DNA of 33,627 bases, taken from assembly GCA_015233495.1 (NCBI GenBank), contig JADFXQ010000019.1:1-33627 (forward strand), given 5' to 3'. Position numbers and translations under genes: made by a program. Source of the stretch: Candidatus Omnitrophota bacterium (GTDB lineage Bacteria > Omnitrophota > Gorgyraeia > Zapsychrales > Zapsychraceae). The notes beneath the pieces were generated by a model. The model made no database searches. It worked only from the letters and a program-made list of their open reading frames with translations, and was not told the DNA's origin. This document shows, one piece after another, positions 17,328 through 26,859 of this stretch. Position 1 is the first letter of the stretch. Every line of letters begins with the position of its first letter.

Positions 17328-18185
17328 ATGATTATTGACGGAAAAGCTTACGCGCTTAAAATCAAAGAACAACTCAAAATAGACGTGGCGGACTTGCGCC
17401 GCGTTTCTCAACGACCGCCTTGCATGGTCAATGTGGCGATTGGCGGGAATCACGCGATTGACGCTTATGTTAATTCGCAGCGTAAGGCCGCGGAATATAT
17501 TGGGATTGATTATCAGATGAAGGAATTGCCCGGAGATATTTCTCCGGATGATTTGGGCAGAGTTTTGCGGCAAATGAGCGATGACCCGACAATCGACGGG
17601 ATAATGATTCATAAGCCGGTTCCGGCGCAGATTGATTATGGCCGGGCCGGCAATCAAATGAGCCCGGAGAAAGATTTGGACGGCAGTCATGCGGTAAATT
17701 TAGGCCGGATTTTGCTTGGCGAAAAAGGGATTGTTCCGTGTACCGCGGCCGCGGCTATGGAATTGATTCTTTCCACTGGGATGCCGTTGCGCGGCAAAGA
17801 CGCGGTGGTGATCGGCCGCAGTGAAATTGTCGGCAAACCCCTCGCGTTGTTGTTATTGCAAAAATCAGCGACTGTGACGATCTGCCATTCCGGCACGAGT
17901 GAAGCCGGGAAATTGGCGGCGCATATCAGTCGGGCGGATATTGTGGTCGCCGCGATCGGCCGGGCGGAAATGATCAAGGGAGATTGGATTAAACCGGGAG
18001 CGGTGGTCATTGATGTGGGCATTAACGCTTCCGCGTCCGGCGGATTAGTCGGGGATGTGGAATTTAAATCCGCCGAGCAGCGGGCGGGTTTTATCACGCC
18101 CGTTCCCGGCGGGGTTGGGCCGGTGACCGCGGTGATTTTGATGCGCAACTGCGTTGAGGCGTTTAAAAGGCATATCGCAAAATAA
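17328..18185 (+). CDS. folD: Methylenetetrahydrofolate dehydrogenase (FolD family), probably monofunctional
   Basis: IIDGK, EKDLDG, PCT, VIGRSEIVGKP, VIDVGIN, ITPVPGGVGP.T. The YxxxK lysine and the partner glutamine are substituted. Confidence 0.96.
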   Translation: MIIDGKAYALKIKEQLKIDVADLRRVSQRPPCMVNVAIGGNHAIDAYVNSQRKAAEYIGIDYQMKELPGDISPDDLGRVLRQMSDDPTIDGIMIHKPVPAQIDYGRAGNQMSPEKDLDGSHAVNLGRILLGEKGIVPCTAAAAMELILSTGMPLRGKDAVVIGRSEIVGKPLALLLLQKSATVTICHSGTSEAGKLAAHISRADIVVAAIGRAEMIKGDWIKPGAVVIDVGINASASGGLVGDVEFKSAEQRAGFITPVPGGVGPVTAVILMRNCVEAFKRHIAK

Positions 18186-18264
18186 GGTTTGGGCCGCTTA
18201 ATTCAAATGAATTCTAAATAATTGTCTGATACCCGGAAAGATTTGGCAGAAAGAAGATTTTAAG

Positions 18265-19446
18265 ATGAAACAAGTTGTTATTGTCGGCGGTTCCGCGGCG
18301 GGCGTGGCGATTGTCGAAGCTTTGCTGCCCCGCGGGGAATTTGAGTTCACTTTTTTTTTAGCGGATGATTGTCTGCCCTATTCTCGCGAGCGGATAGTTG
18401 ATCTGGTCGCGCCGGAAGGTCCGGCGGATCGGGGGGAAATCAAGCCCAAAAGTTTTTTTGCCCAACCGGCCGTTCGGGTCATCTTTCAGCAAACCATCTC
18501 CCGCATCAATTTTAAACGCCGCAAGATTTTCACTGAAGCGAAAGAGCAGATTGATTTTGACATTTTAATCCTCACGGAAATGACGGCTCCGGTTTGGCCT
18601 CAGGCGCGCGGCCGTAATAAGACCGGCGTATACCATGCCAGTCGTTTGAGTCAGGCCCGGGTGTTGGCCGAGGCTCTGCCCTCGGTCGAGACGATCGTGA
18701 TTGAATCGGAATTTCTATCGGATTTGGCTTTAGCCGCCGCGTTGAGCCGCCGGAAAAAAGAAGTCCTGTTGTTTGTGCCCTCAGCGGGATGGACGACCGC
18801 GTTAAGTGAAGAGCATTTGAAATGGTTAAAATCGCTATTAGGAAATTCCGGGATCCGATTATGGGAGAATGAGGCTATTGAAGAAATTTTAGGCGATACG
18901 GAAGTGAAGGCGGTGCGTCTCAAATCTGCCAAAAAAGTCCTTGCCAGCCAGGCGGTGATTTTTTCAACGCCCTTTGAAGACTTGCGGCCTATAGAGCAGA
19001 CCGAGTTGTCGTTGGATACAACGGTTATTGTGAGTGGCCGGATGCGAGCTTCAGTCGAGAATGTGTTTGGCCTGGACCGGATGATTTGGCCCAAGGGCAA
19101 CTTGCAGAGCGCGTCTTTTTTAACCCCAGATGTTTTGTGGCAAGCGCAGACGGTGGTTCAGGAAATATCCTCGGACCTGGCTTTGAACCCGCTTTCCCGG
19201 CCTTTGTCAGTTTTTAGTTTTAGTATAGCCGAAACAACGTTTGACATGATAGGCTGCCTGCCAGCCGGATTAAAACCCGCAGAGGCCATATTTGACCCAA
19301 TTGCCGGATCTTTGTGCTTAGTCTTTGCCGTGGAAGGACAGGTCGTCGGAGTTTGTCTGATTAACTTACGTAAAGATTTTGATAAATTCTTGCGCTTTGT
19401 TCAGCAACGGGTTAATCTAATAGAAGTCCGGGATCAATTAACGTAA
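18265..19446 (+). CDS. Pyridine nucleotide-disulfide oxidoreductase-like (NirB/rubredoxin reductase-like) protein with degenerate motifs
   Basis: N-terminal VVIVGGSAAG, PYSR, overall length and layout, C-terminal G.VVG..LIN. Second Rossmann motif and GD motif not conserved. Confidence 0.7.
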   Translation: MKQVVIVGGSAAGVAIVEALLPRGEFEFTFFLADDCLPYSRERIVDLVAPEGPADRGEIKPKSFFAQPAVRVIFQQTISRINFKRRKIFTEAKEQIDFDILILTEMTAPVWPQARGRNKTGVYHASRLSQARVLAEALPSVETIVIESEFLSDLALAAALSRRKKEVLLFVPSAGWTTALSEEHLKWLKSLLGNSGIRLWENEAIEEILGDTEVKAVRLKSAKKVLASQAVIFSTPFEDLRPIEQTELSLDTTVIVSGRMRASVENVFGLDRMIWPKGNLQSASFLTPDVLWQAQTVVQEISSDLALNPLSRPLSVFSFSIAETTFDMIGCLPAGLKPAEAIFDPIAGSLCLVFAVEGQVVGVCLINLRKDFDKFLRFVQQRVNLIEVRDQLT

Positions 19447-19539
19447 CCGCATTTTATAGTCTGGGTTTCCAATTTTCCAAAGCTTATCTTTTATCGAGCG
19501 AATGAAATTTTTTATTTGCATAACCACGGTTTATCCATT

Positions 19540-20385
19540 ATGCTTAGTAAGAAGTTTTTTGGGTTAGTCTTCCGGAATATCGTTTTTATAGCGTCCATCA
19601 TTTATATTGTCGCCGCTTCTTATTCTTTCGTTTTTGCCGAATCCGCTTTCAAAAATAATAAAGCGCCCCAATGTTATCAACAGGCTCTGATTGAGCAGCA
19701 TAAAGGGAATGTCGCGGAAGCTTTCGCGCTTTATCAACAGGCGATTTTATTGGAGAATGATAATCCCGTGGTTTTGAATGAGATGGGGGTTGCGGCGGAG
19801 CAAGCTGGTTTTCCGGATAAAGCGGAGCAATTTTATTTAAGGGCGAAAGAGAACGATCCGGGCTATTTGCCGGTTTACATGAATCTCGCGTATCTTTATT
19901 TGGGGCGGGGAGAACGTTCTTTGGCGGCAAGGTTTTTTCGGGAACGATATGAGCGGTCGGGTCCGCACGATATGTGGGGCGAAAAGGCCAAAACGGAATT
20001 GTTGAAAATCGATCCGCAATATCAGAACGTTATCTTGCAAAAGGAATCTTTAAACCTGAACGTAGAAGTGACGCGAAAAATCCAACAGGCGTTTAGCGCG
20101 GACGTTGAGCAGGCGCAGCAGCATTTCAACTCAGGCCAGAAAGCTTTTCAGAGCGGGCAGTTCGAGACGGCGATGACGGAATACGCCGAAGCGTTTAAAT
20201 TATCGCCGGACGATCCGAAAATTTGGCAGGCGAATGAAGCGGCAGCCGCGGCTTTAAAAAAGAAAGAAAACGCGGAAAGAGCTCAAAAGGCGATTGAGCT
20301 GTTAAAATCCGGCGACTACAGTGCGGCGCGCGATGAAATAAAAGCTTTGGAGTCCGGCGATTCCAAAGCCCTGAATATTAAATGA
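19540..20385 (+). CDS. Exported tetratricopeptide-repeat protein
   Basis: Hydrophobic signal peptide ending VFA-E; repeated TPR patterns (A..LYQQAI.L, NEMGV, YMNLAYLY, A..EYAEAFKLSP). Start ATG 19540 or TTG 19516. Confidence 0.8.
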   Translation: MLSKKFFGLVFRNIVFIASIIYIVAASYSFVFAESAFKNNKAPQCYQQALIEQHKGNVAEAFALYQQAILLENDNPVVLNEMGVAAEQAGFPDKAEQFYLRAKENDPGYLPVYMNLAYLYLGRGERSLAARFFRERYERSGPHDMWGEKAKTELLKIDPQYQNVILQKESLNLNVEVTRKIQQAFSADVEQAQQHFNSGQKAFQSGQFETAMTEYAEAFKLSPDDPKIWQANEAAAAALKKKENAERAQKAIELLKSGDYSAARDEIKALESGDSKALNIK

Positions 20386-20457
20386 AATTAACTCACTTGT
20401 GCGGATCCATACTTAAGGTTAAAACTCGCCGCGTTTAAACGCAAACGTATCTCACCA

Positions 20458-23070
20458 ATGAAGAATAATCCTCATGTGCAGAAAACATTGTATTTAATCG
20501 ACGGGCATACGTTGTGTTATCGCTCTTTTTACGCGATCCGGGAATTGACTAATTCCATCGGACAGCCGACCAACGCGGTTTACGGCTTTGTCAATATTTT
20601 GCGTAAAATTATCCGGGATTTTGCGCCGGAGTATTTAGCGGTTTGTTTTGATGCCGGGAAAAAAACCCACCGGCAAGCGACTTATGCGGAATATAAAATT
20701 CAACGGCCGTCGATGCCGGAAGAATTGCGTTCCCAGATTCCGTTGATCAAGCAGGTTGTCGACGGTTTTAATGTGCCGATTTTTGAAATGGAGGGGTTTG
20801 AAGCCGACGATATTATCGGCACGTTGACCCAACAAGCGTCTGCGGTCAAGATGGACGTGGTCGTGGTTACGGAAGATAAGGATTTGTTTCAATTGGCGCG
20901 GGAGGGGGTGCGGATTTATAGCGCCCGGAAAGACGAAATATTCGATGCGGCAGCCTTAAAAACCAAATTGGGCTTTGATCCTAAATTGATGCCGGAATAT
21001 ATCGGTTTGGCTGGAGACGCGTCTGACAATATCCCGGGTGTGAAAGGGATCGGAGCGGTAACTGCAACGAAACTAATCCGGGAATTTGGGGATTTGGACC
21101 GCATTTTGGCGCAGATTGAAACTGTGGAACCCCCGCGGATCCGGCACAAAATTGTCGAGCAGAAAGATAATGCTTTGTTGAGCCGCGATTTGGCCAGACT
21201 AATGCTGCAGGTTCCTTTTCGTCCGGATTGGGAGGATTTGAAAGTCAAAGCGCCGGACGGCGCAAAATTATTCAAATTATTCAAGGAATTAGAATTCGCT
21301 AAATGGGCCCAAGAGTTTCAGGCGCAGGAAGCGGAAATAACCGTTCCGGCCGCGCCGGTGGTCACGGCGCCTCTGAAAAATTTTGCTGAGCTGGCGGATC
21401 AAATTAAGCGGAAAGGCCGGTTCGCGTTTTTGTTAGACGCGCCGGATAACCAGCGGATGTTCGCGGAAGGTATAGCATTGGTAGTTGAGCCGGGTCAGGT
21501 GATCCGGATGGATGTGAGCGCTATATCTGATCTGTTGCCCATTTTGGCAGACCCTGGCATTTTAAAGATTACCCACGATGTTAAAGCGGTAAAAAAATAT
21601 TTAATCGAGAACAATAAAGACCGGGAGGATAAAACGCTGCTTTCGGTGTTTGACGCGCTTTTGGCGGCGTATTTGCTCAATCCCGGGCAAGCTTCATTTC
21701 AGATTCCGGATTTGGTCTGGGAATATTTAAAATTTGCTTTGCCGGAAAATGCGCATTTTTCTCAAAAAGCCGATGGGGTGGCCCGGTTGTATGAACCATT
21801 ACGCCAGGAGCTTAAGGCTAAGGAATTGATCCATTTGCTGGATGACATTGAGCTGCCTTTAACCGATGTTTTGGCGCGTATGGAAATCGCGGGTGTTAAA
21901 ATTGACGTTGACTATCTATCCGGAATGTCGCGGGATTGTGAAGCCAAAATCCAAGATTTGACGAAAAATATTTTTCGGGCTGCGGGGGAAGAATTCAACC
22001 TCAATTCGCCCAAACAGTTGAGTCAGGTTTTATTTGAAAAACTAAAATTGCCGCCGGTAAAAAAAACTAAAACGGGTTTTTCGACGGACGAAGAGGTCTT
22101 GCAAAGCCTCGCGGCCCAGCACGACGTCCCGGCCATGATTTTGGAATACCGGCAGATCGCGAAATTAAAATCAACGTACATTGACGCTTTGCCGGCCCTG
22201 GTGAATCCGTCCACCGGCCGGATTCATGCAGTCTTTGATCAGACCGGAACGGAAACTGGAAGGTTAAGTTCCTCCCATCCGAATTTACAGAATATCCCGG
22301 TCCGCACCGAAATGGGGCGGCAGATTCGCAAGGCATTTATCGCTGAAAGCGATGGTTGGGCGTTGTTGGCCGCCGATTATTCGCAGATTGAACTGCGTAT
22401 TTTGGCGCATTTATCCGGCGACCGGGGTTTGACCAAAGCTTTTGCCGAAGGTCAGGACATTCATCAATATACGGCGTCTTTGGTGTTTGATGTTCCGGAG
22501 CGCCAAGTCACTCCGGAAATGCGTTATGCGGCTAAACGGATCAATTTTGGAATCATTTATGGGATGAGCGCGTTTGGTTTGGCCAAAGATTTGGCTTTGC
22601 CGCAGGCCGAGGCGCAACAGTTCATTGATAAATATTTTTCCCGTTATCCTGACGTGAAAGCGTTTATGGAAGGCCAGATCAAGTTTTGCGATCAACATGG
22701 CTACGTGGTCACCCTGCTCAATCGCCGGCGGTATATCCCGGAAATCCACAGTGCCAACGGCCAAGTGCGTCAATTTGCCCAGCGTCAGGCCATCAACGCT
22801 CCGGTGCAAGGGTCGGCGGCGGATTTGATAAAACGGGCGATGATTGACGTGAGCGCGGAGCTGCTTACGAAAAAAATGCGCTCGCGCATGATTATTACCG
22901 TGCATGACGAACTTGTCTTTGAAGCCCCCGAAACGGAAGCGCAAGAATTGGCCCGGTTGGTCCGGACCAAAATGGAAAAAGCGATTCAATTGAAAGTGCC
23001 GTTAGTCGTTTCCCTTAAAAAAGGAATAAATTGGTTGGAGATGAGAGAATTCCGAGATGTGCCGCTTTAA
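20458..23070 (+). CDS. polA: DNA polymerase I
   Basis: 5'-nuclease IDG..L.YR, PTNAVYGF, EADD, GDASDNIPGV; polymerase TGRLSS..PNLQNIP, ADYSQIELR, AK.INFGI.YG, VHDELVFE. Confidence 0.98.
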   Translation: MKNNPHVQKTLYLIDGHTLCYRSFYAIRELTNSIGQPTNAVYGFVNILRKIIRDFAPEYLAVCFDAGKKTHRQATYAEYKIQRPSMPEELRSQIPLIKQVVDGFNVPIFEMEGFEADDIIGTLTQQASAVKMDVVVVTEDKDLFQLAREGVRIYSARKDEIFDAAALKTKLGFDPKLMPEYIGLAGDASDNIPGVKGIGAVTATKLIREFGDLDRILAQIETVEPPRIRHKIVEQKDNALLSRDLARLMLQVPFRPDWEDLKVKAPDGAKLFKLFKELEFAKWAQEFQAQEAEITVPAAPVVTAPLKNFAELADQIKRKGRFAFLLDAPDNQRMFAEGIALVVEPGQVIRMDVSAISDLLPILADPGILKITHDVKAVKKYLIENNKDREDKTLLSVFDALLAAYLLNPGQASFQIPDLVWEYLKFALPENAHFSQKADGVARLYEPLRQELKAKELIHLLDDIELPLTDVLARMEIAGVKIDVDYLSGMSRDCEAKIQDLTKNIFRAAGEEFNLNSPKQLSQVLFEKLKLPPVKKTKTGFSTDEEVLQSLAAQHDVPAMILEYRQIAKLKSTYIDALPALVNPSTGRIHAVFDQTGTETGRLSSSHPNLQNIPVRTEMGRQIRKAFIAESDGWALLAADYSQIELRILAHLSGDRGLTKAFAEGQDIHQYTASLVFDVPERQVTPEMRYAAKRINFGIIYGMSAFGLAKDLALPQAEAQQFIDKYFSRYPDVKAFMEGQIKFCDQHGYVVTLLNRRRYIPEIHSANGQVRQFAQRQAINAPVQGSAADLIKRAMIDVSAELLTKKMRSRMIITVHDELVFEAPETEAQELARLVRTKMEKAIQLKVPLVVSLKKGINWLEMREFRDVPL

Positions 23071-23123
23071 ATATAGGCATTGCTGCATATAACGGATCAG
23101 AGAGTCAACGTGCTGGAGATTAT

Positions 23124-24554
23124 ATGAAAGTTGTTTTTTGCGCTTCCGAAGTTTATCCCTTCGCCAAAACCGGCGGGCTCGCCGATGTATGCGGCTCTTT
23201 GCCGTTGGCTTTGGAAAAAAACGGGGTAGATGTCGAAATTTTTATGCCGCTGTACCGTTGTGTGGATCGGAATAAGCACCAGGTCAAACAGATCAATGAC
23301 GGGCTTTGGCGAAGCACGATTGGGAAGAATATAACGGTTCATTTTATCGCCAACAGTTTTCTTTATGACCGGGCGGGGCTGTATGGCGAAGGGCATGGGG
23401 ATTACGGTGACAATTTAGACCGGTTTCAGTTTCTTTGCAGTCAAACATTGCAAATGTTGCGACAGGCGCCGCAGCCGCCGGATATCATTCATTGTCATGA
23501 TTGGCATACCGCCTTGATCCCGGCGTATGTGCGCGAACGTTTTCGAGAGGACACTTTTTTCCAGAACACCAAAACGGTGTTAACTATCCATAACTTGGCG
23601 TTTCAAGGCGCTTATCCCGCTGGAGATTTTAATAAAATCGGTTTGCCGCGGCATTTATTCAATAATCAGATTTTTGAATTTTACGGCAAACTAAATTTGC
23701 TGAAGGCCGGGATACATTACGCTGACCGGGTGACTACGGTGAGCGAACAGTATGCCAGAGAGATTCAGACCCGGGAATTCGGCTACAATATGGATGGGGT
23801 GCTCCGCCATTATCAACAAAAGTTGGAAGGGATCATCAATGGTTTGGATTATGACATCTGGAATCCGGAAACGGATTCTTTGATTTCGCGGACATTCGAC
23901 CCGGCGACTTTTGGTGAAGGGAAAGCGGCGAATAAAAAATTTCTTCAGGAACGCTGCGGATTGCCGGTTCAACCCGGGACGCCGCTCGTCGGTTTTGTCA
24001 GCCGCCTGGCGCATCAAAAAGGCGTGGATCTGATTTTGGACGCGATGGGGGATTTATTGTGGGACGACATCCAATGGGTGTTTCAAGGCGTGGGGGACAT
24101 TGGGTTTCAAAATCGTTTGAACGGACTGGGCTGGCACAATCGGCATAAGATGTCGAGTCAGGTCAACTTCGACGAGTCTTTAGCGCACGCGATTTACGCG
24201 GGCGCGGATTTTTTGATCATGCCGTCGCGCTATGAACCCTGCGGGTTGAGCCAAATGATCGCGTTTCGCTATGGAACAGTGCCGGTAGTGTTTCGCACCG
24301 GCGGCTTAGCCGACACGGTGATCCCTTACGACGATCCGCAAGGCCGGGGCAATGGGTTTATGTTCACGCATTATCACCGGCAGGCCCTGGTAGATTGTGT
24401 GCGGACCGCGGCCTATGTTTTTAAGGATAAGCCGCGTTTTGAACATATCGGACGCAACGCTTTGGCGGTCCGTTTGACTTGGGAGCAGTCGGCGGCCCGT
24501 TACCAAAAAATTTATGACACTTTATGCACGTCATCGCAGTCACCGGTAATATAG
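23124..24554 (+). CDS. glgA: Glycogen synthase
   Basis: ASE..PFAKTGGLADV, HCHDWHT, TIHNLAFQG, MPSRYEPCGLSQ, TGGLADTV. Start moved to ATG 23124, with a GGAGA RBS. Confidence 0.96.
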   Translation: MKVVFCASEVYPFAKTGGLADVCGSLPLALEKNGVDVEIFMPLYRCVDRNKHQVKQINDGLWRSTIGKNITVHFIANSFLYDRAGLYGEGHGDYGDNLDRFQFLCSQTLQMLRQAPQPPDIIHCHDWHTALIPAYVRERFREDTFFQNTKTVLTIHNLAFQGAYPAGDFNKIGLPRHLFNNQIFEFYGKLNLLKAGIHYADRVTTVSEQYAREIQTREFGYNMDGVLRHYQQKLEGIINGLDYDIWNPETDSLISRTFDPATFGEGKAANKKFLQERCGLPVQPGTPLVGFVSRLAHQKGVDLILDAMGDLLWDDIQWVFQGVGDIGFQNRLNGLGWHNRHKMSSQVNFDESLAHAIYAGADFLIMPSRYEPCGLSQMIAFRYGTVPVVFRTGGLADTVIPYDDPQGRGNGFMFTHYHRQALVDCVRTAAYVFKDKPRFEHIGRNALAVRLTWEQSAARYQKIYDTLCTSSQSPVI

Positions 24555-25129
24555 GCTCGGGAAAATCGACAGTCGCGAAAATGTTTGCGGCTTATGGCGC
24601 GGACATTTTTGACGCGGACGCGGCGGCCCGTTCTTTGCTGGCTCCGGGAGGGAAATGCGTGTCTGCCGTCCAGAACGTTTTTGGCGCGGCCGTCATGAAG
24701 CGCGGCCTTATTGACCGGAAAAAGTTGGCGGTTTTGGTTTTTGCCGACTCGCGGACGCGGCGGCGTTTGGAAGCTATCGTTCACCCCGAGGTGAAAAAAA
24801 TATTTTTTGCAGTTGTTAAATCGGGATGGCGCGAGGATCCGGATAAAATTCTCATCGCCGACATCCCGCTATTGTTTGAAGCGCATCTGCACCGCTACGC
24901 GGATTGGATTGTGGTGGTGAAGGCAAAACGGGAACAGCAGTTAACCCGGGTTATGCAGTCGCTGGGGATTTCCCGCAGCCAAGCGGCGCGTCGCAATCGC
25001 GCTCAAATACCGCTGAAAGAAAAAATAAGCTTAGCGGATTTTATTATAGATAATACCGGAACGACTCAACAAACCCGAGAACAGGTGAAAAAGGTATGGG
25101 ACTCAATTCAGAAAAAAATCCAAAAATAA
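24524..25129 (+). CDS. coaE: Dephospho-CoA kinase
   Basis: [40 protein letters not shown]. Confidence 0.96.
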   Translation: MHVIAVTGNIGSGKSTVAKMFAAYGADIFDADAAARSLLAPGGKCVSAVQNVFGAAVMKRGLIDRKKLAVLVFADSRTRRRLEAIVHPEVKKIFFAVVKSGWREDPDKILIADIPLLFEAHLHRYADWIVVVKAKREQQLTRVMQSLGISRSQAARRNRAQIPLKEKISLADFIIDNTGTTQQTREQVKKVWDSIQKKIQK

Positions 25130-25146
25130 ATACGGAGGTTAATACC

Positions 25147-26472
25147 ATGGAACGAAACGAGGGGCGCGAACGTGCCGAAACCAATGGCGACGTGAAGATT
25201 GATAGCGCGGCTTTAGCCAATCAAATGGACATTACTAAGCTCAAAGATATGACCATGACGGAGCTTAATAAATTTGCCAAAGATTTGGGCGTCTTGGGCA
25301 TCAGCGGCATCCGCAAACAGGATTTGATTTTCAAACTCCTGGAGGCCCAGGCGCAGAAAGCGGGTCTGATGTTTGGCGAAGGGACCCTGGAAATTTTGAG
25401 TGAGGGGTTTGGATTTTTGCGCAGTGTGACCTACAATTATCTGCCTTGTCCGGATGATATTTATGTTTCTCCGTCGCAAATCCGGCGGTTTGATCTGCGC
25501 ACCGGCGACACGGTCAGCGGTCACATCCGGCCGCCAAAGGAAGGCGAAAAATATTTCGCTTTATTGAAAGTGGAGGCAGTTAATTTTGAAAATCCGGAAC
25601 AGTGCAAAGAAAAAATTCTGTTCGATAACCTGACGCCGGTTTATCCGTTTGAACGCCTCACCTTAGAAACGCAGCCGAAAGAAATCTCAACGCGGATTAT
25701 CGATATGTTGAGCCCGATCGGCAAAGGCCAGCGTGGTTTGATTGTGGCTCCGCCATACAGCGGGAAAACCGTTTTGTTGCAGAAGATCGCTAATGGGATT
25801 ACGATCAATCATCCGGACACCGTGCTCATGGTCTTGTTGATCGACGAACGTCCGGAAGAAGTTACGGATATGCAGCGCAGCGTCAAAGGCGAGGTAGTGG
25901 CCTCGACATTTGATGAGCCTGCCGAACGGCACGTGCAAGTCGCGGAAATGGTTTTGGAAAAGGCCAAACGTTTGGTGGAGCACAAACGCGACGTGGTCAT
26001 CCTTTTGGACAGCATCACCCGTCTGGCCCGGGCGTACAATACGGTTGTGCCGCATTCGGGCAAGATTTTGTCCGGCGGCGTGGATTCCAACGCTTTGCAT
26101 AAGCCGAAACGCTTTTTTGGCGCAGCCCGGTCTTTGGAAGAAGGCGGCAGTTTGACGATCATCGCCACGGCCTTGGTCGATACGGGAAGCCGCATGGATG
26201 AAGTCATCTTTGAAGAATTCAAAGGGACCGGCAATATGGAGCTCCAATTGGACCGCAATCTGTTCCAACGCCGCGTCTATCCGGCAATTGATATCAAACG
26301 TTCCAACACTCGGCATGAAGAGAAATTGGTTCCGCAGGACGATTTACAAAGGATTTGGCTATTGCGCAAGGCGATCAACGACCTGAACTCGGCTGAGGCT
26401 ATGGAACTTTTGATTGACAAAGTGGGTCGATTTAAGTCTAATAAAGAGTTTTTGGACAATATGAACAAATAA
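25147..26472 (+). CDS. rho: Transcription termination factor Rho
   Basis: [59 protein letters not shown]. Start moved to ATG 25147, with a GGAGGT RBS. Confidence 0.98.
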   Translation: MERNEGRERAETNGDVKIDSAALANQMDITKLKDMTMTELNKFAKDLGVLGISGIRKQDLIFKLLEAQAQKAGLMFGEGTLEILSEGFGFLRSVTYNYLPCPDDIYVSPSQIRRFDLRTGDTVSGHIRPPKEGEKYFALLKVEAVNFENPEQCKEKILFDNLTPVYPFERLTLETQPKEISTRIIDMLSPIGKGQRGLIVAPPYSGKTVLLQKIANGITINHPDTVLMVLLIDERPEEVTDMQRSVKGEVVASTFDEPAERHVQVAEMVLEKAKRLVEHKRDVVILLDSITRLARAYNTVVPHSGKILSGGVDSNALHKPKRFFGAARSLEEGGSLTIIATALVDTGSRMDEVIFEEFKGTGNMELQLDRNLFQRRVYPAIDIKRSNTRHEEKLVPQDDLQRIWLLRKAINDLNSAEAMELLIDKVGRFKSNKEFLDNMNK

Positions 26473-26475
26473 CCA

Positions 26476-26500
26476 CTGAGCAGATCCCGGATCTGCTCAG
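26476..26500. other. Perfect hairpin between rho and rpmE
   Basis: CTGAGCAGATCC-C-GGATCTGCTCAG (12-bp arms); no U-tract on either strand. Confidence 0.6.
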
Positions 26501-26522
26501 GTCAAATCGAGGAGTAATGTTT

Positions 26523-26729
26523 ATGCAAAAAGAAATTCATCCCAATTACGGCCAGGCGGTTATAACCTGCGCTTGCGGCAACGTCATCGAGACGCGGTCG
26601 ACGAAAAAAAGCATTAATGTCGATATTTGCGCGAATTGTCATCCGTTTTTCACGGGGGATAAAAAATTCGTGGATACTGCCGGAAGGATCGAACGCTTTA
26701 AGAAGCGTTATGACAAAGTGAAGAAATAA
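26523..26729 (+). CDS. rpmE: 50S ribosomal protein L31 (Zn-binding type)
   Basis: [38 protein letters not shown] spacing favours ATG 26523. Confidence 0.97.
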   Translation: MQKEIHPNYGQAVITCACGNVIETRSTKKSINVDICANCHPFFTGDKKFVDTAGRIERFKKRYDKVKK

Positions 26730-26816
26730 AGGAACCGCGCCGGATCGCATTGTCCCGATGGCGCATAATCTTGCGTGGGGGCTGACGGCGTCTTGTTTTG
26801 ATGATGCGTAATTTTC

Positions 26817-26841
26817 GTAGGGGCCGACCTCGTGTCGGCCC
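26817..26841 (+). repeat. GTAG-type REP-like palindrome
   Basis: GTAG GGGCCGAC CTCGT GTCGGCCC, perfect 8-bp stem after the GTAG tetranucleotide. Confidence 0.8.
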
Positions 26842-26859
26842 GTTATCGGTGTGGATAAA

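Noticed and set aside
19516..19544. Sigma70-like TTGCAT-17 bp-TATGCT upstream of the TPR gene
   Set aside because: The -10 overlaps the only suitable ATG (19540) for the signal peptide, so it cannot be this gene's promoter as called. Unresolved without TSS data.
21370..21830. Degenerate 3'-5' exonuclease domain of PolA
   Set aside because: Loss of proofreading motifs in Pol I is common in many bacterial lineages and not novel.
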